The notes beneath the pieces are model-generated. The model was not told the origin of the DNA and ran no database searches. It worked only from the letters and a program-made list of their open reading frames with translations. From positions 1,790 to 65,789 of the forward strand of contig JBELJQ010000004.1 in NCBI GenBank assembly GCA_042090305.1: DNA of 64,000 nt, in the 5' to 3' direction. Of this stretch, positions 29,446 to 36,163 are shown piece after piece; the stretch's first letter is position 1, and each line of letters starts with the position of its first letter. The position numbers were made by a program, and so were the translations under genes. Source of the DNA: Pelagibacteraceae bacterium. Lineage in GTDB: Bacteria > Pseudomonadota > Alphaproteobacteria > Methylaequorales > Methylaequoraceae.

Positions 29446-30169
29446 TAAAAACTTCACCTTTTCAATATTTCTTTCTCTACTCATTCATATTTTTATAATT
29501 TACAATATTAATTCAAAGAAAAAAAAAGATGATGAAATTTATGTTTTTAGTCTAAGCACATATCAACAAATACAATACGAAGAAAAAGAAGAAATAATAG
29601 AAAAAAAAAAAATAGAACCTCAAAAGGATTTAAAAAAAAAAGAGCCCAAAATAATTGAGAAAAAAGAAGTGAAAAAGATTGAGTCACCTAAACAAAAGAT
29701 TGAGGAACAAGATAAAATACCAATTTTAAAAAAACCAAAAGCTGAGCTAAATTCAAAAATTCAAGATAAGAAAAAATTTAATAATAAATTAGAAACTGAA
29801 AGACCTATTAATCAAGAAAAAAAGGAACAAATAATAAATGTTCAAAGTAAAAAGAATAAATTTTTGATAAACCAGTTATTAAACGAATATTTAACTAAAA
29901 TATCTCTTCAAATCAACACCATGGCTTCACAATCATATCCAATTCAGTCTATAAAAAGAAGGGAACAAGGAACAATTAAAGCTACTATAATTTTAGATGA
30001 GAATGGGAAAGTTATTGAACTAAATTTTGAGGATAAAAGACCTAAAAGACTCTACAGAGCAACAAAAAAAATTATTGAGTCATTTAACTTTCCAAAACCT
30101 AATAAAGAAATATTAGAAGACAATAAAACACTTAAGATTAGAATTCCTGTGAACTTTATAATTAAGTAG
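29435..30169 (+). CDS. tonB: Energy transducer TonB-family protein
   Basis: 244 aa. N-terminal anchor FSIFLSLLIHIFII, a Lys/Glu/Pro-rich spacer, and a C-terminal TonB_C-like domain (YPIQSIKRREQGTIKATIILDENGKV...). Confidence 0.8.
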   Translation: MTDNKNFTFSIFLSLLIHIFIIYNINSKKKKDDEIYVFSLSTYQQIQYEEKEEIIEKKKIEPQKDLKKKEPKIIEKKEVKKIESPKQKIEEQDKIPILKKPKAELNSKIQDKKKFNNKLETERPINQEKKEQIINVQSKKNKFLINQLLNEYLTKISLQINTMASQSYPIQSIKRREQGTIKATIILDENGKVIELNFEDKRPKRLYRATKKIIESFNFPKPNKEILEDNKTLKIRIPVNFIIK

Positions 30170-30201
30170 TGTTGTATTTTTACAACAAAATGGTAAGAAT
30201 T

Positions 30202-30229
30202 TTTAAATTGTGCAAGTGTTAAGTATAAT
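30202..30229 (+). promoter_or_regulatory. Candidate sigma-70 promoter of the porin gene
   Basis: TTTAAA (30202-30207), a 16-nt spacer, then a perfect TATAAT (30224-30229). A strong AAGGAAGG Shine-Dalgarno lies at 30273-30280, ahead of ATG 30288. In DNA this AT-rich such matches arise easily by chance. Confidence 0.3.
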
Positions 30230-30287
30230 TCATAAATTTTATTTGTTATATTAATATTTTTAATATTAACTTAAGGAAGGAAATTTT

Positions 30288-31595
30288 ATGAAAATTTCTA
30301 AAAAATTAGCGATAGCTGCAGTTCCTGCTGTAATGGCGTTAGCTTCCACAAATGTTGATTCAAAAATTCTTTTGATGAGTCAAGAGGGTTGGGAAGTGTC
30401 ATTTGATGGTGCAGCTAATGCTTTCATTATGAAGAACAGTGGCGATGCCCTCCCTACTACAGCTGGTGGTAACGCATTTACTGCTTCAAGTTATGGTGCT
30501 GTTTCAGGTGCTTCTAAGGATACTAGTATCGTTACAGGTCTACTTCCAAATGTTTGGGGTATGACACTTAAAGCTCCTACTGCAAATGGCTTAGATGTTT
30601 CTATGAGACTAGGTCTGTACACTCACATGAATGGTGGGGAAAACTCTCTGGGTAATGGACAAATTAACATTAGGGAAACTAGTGGTTCAGTAGCTGGTAG
30701 TTTTGGTACAGTACTCGTTGGTAGAAGTTTAGGTATCCACCAAAGTAATGCTATCTTAAACGATATGTTATTATTCGGTGTTGGTGCCGCTGCTAGTGCA
30801 AGTAACTCAAACACTACTTTAGGTAGAATTGGACTTGGATATTTATATACAGACTTTAAACCACAAATTAGTTGGACATTACCAGGTATGGGTGGTTTTG
30901 GTGCTAAGGTCGCTTTATTCGATCCTGATGATGTAGCATCCGATACCCAAGGTTTTGATGCAACAGACACAACTTCTCCAAGAGTTGAAGCACAAATCAC
31001 TTATAATACTGATTTGCAAGGTCTTGGAATTAACTTGTGGGTTGATGGTACTTACCAAAACACTTCAAGAACTACTGCTGAAGCAAATGCTTACAAAGGT
31101 AGATCTGGATTGGAAGTCGACGCAGATGATGATACTGATGTAGATTCAGCTGGTGTTGGTTTTGGTACTAAATTAACTTATGATGCATTCTCGCTAGTTG
31201 CTACTGGTTTTTATGCATCTGGTTTAGGTATCAGAGGACAACGTGCAATTGGAACAACAACTACTACAGCTGCAACTGATGCAACTGGTGCGTTAGACGA
31301 TGTTGGTAAAGAAAGAAAAACTTATGGTGGTTACATCCAAGGTACATTTGACTTTGGTCAAGGTACATCTGTAGGTTATTCTTATGGTGGTAATTTCATG
31401 ACCAAAACTGGTAATGACATGAACAACCTAGGTACTATGAATGGTCAAACTATGCATTCTGGTATGATTTGGCATAATGTAACTGCCAACTTCAGATTAG
31501 TTGCTGAAGGTGGTTACACTATGAAAAGTTGGTACCTTGCTGACGAAGACCAAGACGACACATTTGGTGGAGTTGGTGCATTCTTCTTCTGGTAG
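30288..31595 (+). CDS. Outer-membrane general porin (Gram-negative porin superfamily), likely highly expressed
   Basis: 435 aa with signal peptide AVPAVMALAS. It has the alternating Gly/Thr/Ala/Tyr-rich composition of a beta-barrel, the porin-like FGTVLVGRSLG, and a terminal ...GAFFFW. It shows strong codon bias (GGT/ACT/GCT), a strong SD and its own terminator. Confidence 0.8.
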   Translation: MKISKKLAIAAVPAVMALASTNVDSKILLMSQEGWEVSFDGAANAFIMKNSGDALPTTAGGNAFTASSYGAVSGASKDTSIVTGLLPNVWGMTLKAPTANGLDVSMRLGLYTHMNGGENSLGNGQINIRETSGSVAGSFGTVLVGRSLGIHQSNAILNDMLLFGVGAAASASNSNTTLGRIGLGYLYTDFKPQISWTLPGMGGFGAKVALFDPDDVASDTQGFDATDTTSPRVEAQITYNTDLQGLGINLWVDGTYQNTSRTTAEANAYKGRSGLEVDADDDTDVDSAGVGFGTKLTYDAFSLVATGFYASGLGIRGQRAIGTTTTTAATDATGALDDVGKERKTYGGYIQGTFDFGQGTSVGYSYGGNFMTKTGNDMNNLGTMNGQTMHSGMIWHNVTANFRLVAEGGYTMKSWYLADEDQDDTFGGVGAFFFW

Positions 31596-31620
31596 AATAA
31601 ACTAACTTAATTACTTAAAA

Positions 31621-31654
31621 GGGAGAGTATTTATTGTACTCTCCCTTTTTTTTT
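31621..31654 (+). terminator. Rho-independent terminator after the porin gene
   Basis: GGGAGAGTA (31621-31629) pairs with TACTCTCCC (31637-31645), followed by a T9 run (31646-31654). Confidence 0.9.
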
Positions 31655-31667
31655 GCTAATAAGAACT

Positions 31668-32696
31668 ATGAAAAATTTAATTCCAATCAAGTTAAGTTTC
31701 TCTCTTACATTTGTGGTCTTACTTTTACTTACTAGCTGCTCATCACTCAATTTATTTGAAGATAATAAGTTTTATTACAAAAATGGTTTTCAAAGAGTAC
31801 AATTGCATATTGAAAATAAGTCTGTAAGAAATACACATCCTGTTAAAATAGACCCACTTAGACTTGAGGGAGCACTTCAATTAATTATAACTAAATATGG
31901 ACCAAAAGCTGAATCTCTATTTCAAGAGGATAAGCTCCTTCCATATTCAATTGCAATTAGTGAGGCACTTCTTGAAGCAAAGCCAAATCAAGATGTAGTT
32001 TTTACAGTAGAGGGATGGTTTAAAAAGAAAACTTTGTCAGATAACAGAGTAACATCTGGTCGTATTTTTTATAATAAGAATGGTCTTAATATTATATTCG
32101 GTTCAGTAATGAGAAAAGGTAATATGTCTGAAACCGATCCAATGTTATCGTATGGTATAAACCCAGATTTAACTAAAAATCCTTATGCACCAGGTTCCAG
32201 ATTTCAATCTATTAAAAGTGCTTATATGTTAACCACAATACCAAATTCTGGGGTTTTTAGACCAAAAGAAGCTAGAGGAAGAGTGGATTGGTTAGTTTTT
32301 TCTCCATCTGCTCTTACAGCTAGGAATGCTTTATCTCAAGACCAAAAAAGGTTATCCTCTGCTGCTAATTTCCAAGTACAAGGCTTGAGAGACGAATTAA
32401 ATGTTTTAAAACAGGAGTTGAGAAATCTTAGAGGTACTAGATACCCAAACTATTACAACAATAATCCTAACTATGGATACAGACCACCAAACGGATATGT
32501 TCAACAACAGATGAGAGCAAATAATTACCCAAATTATCCCTACCCTCCTCAAAATTATCAAATGCCACAGAATTATCAGGTACCACAAAATGATCCCAAC
32601 AAACAGATATCTCTAAAATCATTAGAAAGTATGAGGGAAAGAGGACTGATAAGCGAAGAAACCTATATAAATAAATTAAAGGAACTTGGTTTTTAA
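31668..32696 (+). CDS. Lipoprotein with Q/N/Y/P-rich low-complexity region and C-terminal SHOCT-like domain
   Basis: Start chosen at ATG 31668; the ORF-track TTG at 31653 lies inside the terminator T-run. Lipobox LLLTSC. A coiled-coil segment (LRDELNVLKQELRNL) is followed by the low-complexity stretch YPNYYNNNPNYGYRPPNGY...PQNYQMPQNYQVPQN. The C-terminal SLKSLESMRERGLISEETYINKLKELGF resembles SHOCT. Confidence 0.65.
   Translation: MKNLIPIKLSFSLTFVVLLLLTSCSSLNLFEDNKFYYKNGFQRVQLHIENKSVRNTHPVKIDPLRLEGALQLIITKYGPKAESLFQEDKLLPYSIAISEALLEAKPNQDVVFTVEGWFKKKTLSDNRVTSGRIFYNKNGLNIIFGSVMRKGNMSETDPMLSYGINPDLTKNPYAPGSRFQSIKSAYMLTTIPNSGVFRPKEARGRVDWLVFSPSALTARNALSQDQKRLSSAANFQVQGLRDELNVLKQELRNLRGTRYPNYYNNNPNYGYRPPNGYVQQQMRANNYPNYPYPPQNYQMPQNYQVPQNDPNKQISLKSLESMRERGLISEETYINKLKELGF
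32547..32600 (+). repeat. Imperfect 18-nt tandem repeat (about 3 units) encoding PQNYQM/PQNYQV/PQNDPN
   Basis: cctcaaaattatcaaatg / ccacagaattatcaggta / ccacaaaatgatcccaac, read directly from the sequence. Confidence 0.8.
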
Positions 32697-32702
32697 CTAA
32701 AC

Positions 32703-33431
32703 TTAAAATTCGAATTCCATATTCCACAAAAACATATGGTTAGCCGAAGCATTTGTAAGACCATGTAAATATCCTAAAGAAATTTCGTATTCAAACCCAT
32801 TCAATTGAAATTCCTTATCTACTTGCAAACCATAAAGATGTTCTTGATTATGCAAAGTATTCATTTTTGTGAGATATCCTAAATCACTAAAACCTAATAT
32901 ACCGAAGTCAAAATCTATATCTAATGGATCCATAAACATAATTCTATTACTTATTTCAAATTTAGTTGAGCCTTGAGCATGTCCGCCAATTTCTTTTTCA
33001 AAAATAAAATTACTTGTGAATTTATATTTATCATTCATAAATTCATTAAGATATTTATACTCTAATTCATCAGCTTTCTTTCCCTCACTGACAAAATTAT
33101 ATGAAAAATAAAGAGCTCCAGCAAAATTCTTTTTATCAAATAATTGTAATTGATTTTGAAATTCTGTTTTTTCCCAATTGAGTGATGTATCTTGTTTATC
33201 AGATACATGAAATTCTAATTCTGATTGCCAATAATTAGTCCACGAATATTCCGTTTCAAACACATGGTGATGAGATTTATTTACCTCTTCTCTATCATCT
33301 ACATTTAAATGGCCTCTCCACTCAAGGGATTGTCTACCTTCTTCAACTACGGGACTATAAATTTTATGGTGACAATAAATTTTAAAACTGTAAGAGGTTA
33401 ATAGTATAGTCAGAATAAAAATTCTAATCAT
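32703..33431 (-). CDS. Small His-rich outer-membrane beta-barrel protein (family not recognised)
   Basis: 242 aa with a signal peptide. Alternating aromatic/polar strands, His clusters (CHHK, SHHHVFE), and a terminal ...WNMEFEF with C-terminal Phe, as in OMP sorting signals. Confidence 0.55.
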   Translation of the reverse strand: MIRIFILTILLTSYSFKIYCHHKIYSPVVEEGRQSLEWRGHLNVDDREEVNKSHHHVFETEYSWTNYWQSELEFHVSDKQDTSLNWEKTEFQNQLQLFDKKNFAGALYFSYNFVSEGKKADELEYKYLNEFMNDKYKFTSNFIFEKEIGGHAQGSTKFEISNRIMFMDPLDIDFDFGILGFSDLGYLTKMNTLHNQEHLYGLQVDKEFQLNGFEYEISLGYLHGLTNASANHMFLWNMEFEF

Positions 33432-33639
33432 TAGTCAAATCTTCATCTAAAATAGTCATGTGAAACTGATATGCTGTTTCGTTTTCTTCAATCTCCTCAT
33501 AAATCAGCCCTAGAAATTCGTCACCAATGTATATTTCACATGAATCTTCAATATTTTTCCTTTTCTTAGCAATAAAATGACCCGTCTTAAATACCCGATT
33601 TAAGTAATCTTGGATTTTTTGTAATTTTTGTTCGTCCAT
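33424..33639 (-). CDS. DUF3126-family small protein
   Basis: 71 aa. KIQDYLNRVFKTG.....KRKNIEDSCEIYIGDEFLGLIYEE.E..E.AYQFHMTILDEDL matches the alphaproteobacterial DUF3126 pattern (a.lq.yLrkkF......r..kkdSaEvyigdEFiGvl..). Confidence 0.65.
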   Translation of the reverse strand: MDEQKLQKIQDYLNRVFKTGHFIAKKRKNIEDSCEIYIGDEFLGLIYEEIEENETAYQFHMTILDEDLTND

Positions 33640-33700
33640 TGTTAAACAAGGGTATAAGTATTATGATTATTATTTATCTAATTTTTAGAAGTATAATACA

Positions 33701-34117
33701 TTGAACAAAAAAAAAGTCCAGTTAACAACATACATAGGCCTGATACCCTTTTATTTGCCTTTAGCTTATTATTTTTATGCAGAAAGTGATGTTAAACATG
33801 TTAACCTAGTTAAAATTTCATTGGTATACGGGTCATTAATCTCTTCTTTTTTATCTGGAATGCAATGGGAGAAATTAATTAGTAATAACTTTAAAATTTC
33901 CTTCATAGCAATAATACCATTAGTTATGGTTTTGTTCCAATTCTTGGAAGAATCTATTTATATTTCCACAATTATAATAATTTTAGCACTTCTAATTAAT
34001 CTAATAGTAGACTTAACACTTCTGTCTAAGTTAAGAGAATTTTGGTTTAAAAGAATGAGAATTATCGCCACAGGACTTGTATCTACATCTTTAATAATAA
34101 ATTATTTATCAACATAA
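33701..34117 (+). CDS. DUF3429-like small integral membrane protein
   Basis: 138 aa, TTG start, four hydrophobic segments. GSLISSFLSGMQWE resembles the DUF3429 GA.ilsFlGa.hWG motif. Confidence 0.5.
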   Translation: MNKKKVQLTTYIGLIPFYLPLAYYFYAESDVKHVNLVKISLVYGSLISSFLSGMQWEKLISNNFKISFIAIIPLVMVLFQFLEESIYISTIIIILALLINLIVDLTLLSKLREFWFKRMRIIATGLVSTSLIINYLST

Positions 34118-34309
34118 TCAATAGTTTAGGTAATTTTAATTTTTTTTTCCTTGAATTAAATTGTAATATAAGTCACCCTAACTTCACAGATGGGGAGGTT
34201 TTTTGGGCTTAGTGTAAATTTGGCCTATATCTACCCGTAGTTAAACTAACCATCTACTGTATTCCTAGTGTATACGGTAGAATATTAACAATAACGAAAG
34301 GATAGACAT

Positions 34310-35008
34310 ATGGACTATATGCTTAAACCTGAAGATTTCGTGGGGGTTACATTTTGGATCATTTCTGTTTCAATGGTAGCATCTACGGCATTTTTCTTCC
34401 TAGAGGCTCAAAGTGTCAGTAAACATTGGCAAACATCCGTTAGAGTAGCTGGACTTGTTACTTTAATTGCTGCTGTGCACTATTACTACATGAGAGACGT
34501 ATGGGTTCAAACTGGAGAATCTCCTACTGTTTACAGATATATTGATTGGTTACTTACAGTACCACTTCAAATGATTGAATTTTATCTAATTCTTGCCGCA
34601 GTGGGCGCAGCTACAGCTGGTATTTTTTGGAGACTACTAATAGGTACTTTAATTATGCTTATTGGTGGCTTCATGGGTGAAGCTGGTTACATGAACGCAA
34701 CTGTTGGCTTTATTATTGGTATGGCTGGATGGATATACATTTTGTATGAAGTTTTTGCAGGTGAAGCTGCACAAGCTAGTGCGTCAAGTAACTCCGAAGG
34801 TATGAAATCGGCTTTTAATGGCATGAAATGGATCGTTTCAATAGGTTGGTCGATTTACCCAATTGGTTATTTCCTTGGTTACTTATCTGGAGCAGGTGCT
34901 GATGCAGCTACTCTTAACTGGGTATATAACTTAGCTGATTACGTAAACAAAATCGCATTTGGTGTAATTATTTGGGCTGCTGCTAAGTCAGACACTTCAA
35001 AAGCATAA
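34310..35008 (+). CDS. Proteorhodopsin, blue-absorbing type, light-driven proton pump (DTE motif)
   Basis: 232 aa, colinear with green proteorhodopsin. RYIDWLLTVPLQMIEFYLIL gives Asp79/Thr83/Glu90 and Gln87 (position 105 equivalent). His57 lies in AAVHYYYM. NLADYVNKIAFG carries Schiff-base Lys214 (codon 34949-34951). Confidence 0.95.
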   Translation: MDYMLKPEDFVGVTFWIISVSMVASTAFFFLEAQSVSKHWQTSVRVAGLVTLIAAVHYYYMRDVWVQTGESPTVYRYIDWLLTVPLQMIEFYLILAAVGAATAGIFWRLLIGTLIMLIGGFMGEAGYMNATVGFIIGMAGWIYILYEVFAGEAAQASASSNSEGMKSAFNGMKWIVSIGWSIYPIGYFLGYLSGAGADAATLNWVYNLADYVNKIAFGVIIWAAAKSDTSKA

Positions 35009-35032
35009 AAATGCTAGATTAAAATTAAAAAA

Positions 35033-35062
35033 GGGAAACAAAAATTGTTTCCCTTTTTTTTT
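35033..35062 (+). terminator. Rho-independent terminator after the proteorhodopsin gene
   Basis: GGGAAACA (35033-35040) pairs with TGTTTCCC (35046-35053) across a 5-nt loop, followed by T9 (35054-35062). The crtE ATG is at 35069. Confidence 0.9.
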
Positions 35063-35068
35063 ATTAAA

Positions 35069-36163
35069 ATGAATAAAATTTCAATAGAACATACTTCAAA
35101 TAAAATTATGAATGATTTTCTTTCTAGTGAAAGATGGAAAGAATTAAATGTTTATAATAAAAAACTAGATCTAAGTTTCTTTAAAAAATCTGAATTTCAC
35201 AAAGATATAAGAGAAATAGAAAATCAAATGTTTGAGTTATTATATGATGATTCATGGATGGGCCATTGCGCAAAGTATCAACTAGAATCTGGCGGAAAAA
35301 GATTTAGGGTTATCCTTGCCCTTATAGCCTCTAAAATGTTCGGTTTAAGTAAAGATGTTAGTAAATCAATAGCAATATGTTGTGAGTTTATTCACAACGC
35401 CTCATTAATTCATGATGACTTACAAGATAGAGATATATTAAGAAGAGGCTTGCCGACAATATGGAATAGATTTGGAGACCATACAGCAATAAATTTAGGG
35501 GATTTTTTTATAGCAAGTTCATACGAGGTATTGTCAAACTCTAAATCTAAACCAGAATTTAAATGTAGAGCTATAGAGGAATTAGGAAAAACTATTAAAC
35601 AAACAGTCAAAGGCCAATCAGTAGAGATATTAAGTCGTTCAGACTTTCACTTAAAAATTCAGGATTACGAAACAACATCCAGAGCTAAAACAGGTGGTCT
35701 TATTTCCTTACCGATTAAACTTGCCTCAATCCTTTCTGGAAAAAATAAAAATAAAGATTATTTTAAGCCACTTTATGAAACTGGAGTGGCATATCAGATC
35801 CAGGATGATTTATCCGACTTTCTTGGAGTAAAAGATAGAGGACTGCCTGGAAGAGACCTTAAAGAGGGAAAAATGAATGTGTTGATTATGCATTATATTG
35901 ATTCTGCGACTGAGGGTGAAAAATTTATTTTACAAAAATTTTTAAAAAAAAGGTATGACACTATTTCTGAAGATGAAATTTCATACTGGCTAAAGAAAAT
36001 AAAAAATAGAGGTGCTCTTGAAAAATCCTTGACGTATTTGTTCAATGTATCAAAAAGAGCAATTAACCAAGCATCTCGGCATAACAATGATTTACAAAAC
36101 ATTGTCCAATTTGTTATAAAATCTATAATCACTAGAATTTCACAAAAAATCAAAGATAAATGA
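35069..36163 (+). CDS. crtE: Geranylgeranyl diphosphate synthase
   Basis: Polyprenyl synthase with LIHDDLQDRDILRRG and YQIQDDLSD boxes. It is first in the crtEIBY-blh series. Start set at ATG 35069 because the ORF-track TTG at 35045 lies within the terminator hairpin. Confidence 0.85.
   Translation: MNKISIEHTSNKIMNDFLSSERWKELNVYNKKLDLSFFKKSEFHKDIREIENQMFELLYDDSWMGHCAKYQLESGGKRFRVILALIASKMFGLSKDVSKSIAICCEFIHNASLIHDDLQDRDILRRGLPTIWNRFGDHTAINLGDFFIASSYEVLSNSKSKPEFKCRAIEELGKTIKQTVKGQSVEILSRSDFHLKIQDYETTSRAKTGGLISLPIKLASILSGKNKNKDYFKPLYETGVAYQIQDDLSDFLGVKDRGLPGRDLKEGKMNVLIMHYIDSATEGEKFILQKFLKKRYDTISEDEISYWLKKIKNRGALEKSLTYLFNVSKRAINQASRHNNDLQNIVQFVIKSIITRISQKIKDK

Noticed and set aside
30170-30187. 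Hairpin TGTTGTA-TTTT-TACAACA immediately after the tonB stop, considered as a terminator separating tonB from the porin gene.
   Set aside because: The stem is only 7 bp and largely A/T, and it is followed by AAAATGG, not a T-tract. This is not sufficient for an intrinsic terminator call. The porin is treated as an independent unit mainly because of its own promoter-like and SD signals.
30623-31143. ORFs 30623-31000 (minus) and 30955-31143 (plus, out of frame) overlapping the porin gene.
   Set aside because: They are by-products of the strong GGT/ACT/GCT codon bias of the porin gene, which removes stops from other frames. Only the porin frame has a signal peptide, SD, terminator and a C-terminal aromatic residue.
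31653-35068. ORF-track N-terminal extensions: TTG 31653 (lipoprotein), TTG 35045 (crtE), 18130 (thiS), 19119 (msrB), 59023 (pal), 26473 (permease) and 27257 (ATPase).
   Set aside because: The extended starts fall inside terminator hairpins or T-runs, or overlap the preceding gene substantially. Internal ATGs give canonical N-termini (lipobox, signal peptide, 1-nt gene junctions), so the shorter coordinates were used.
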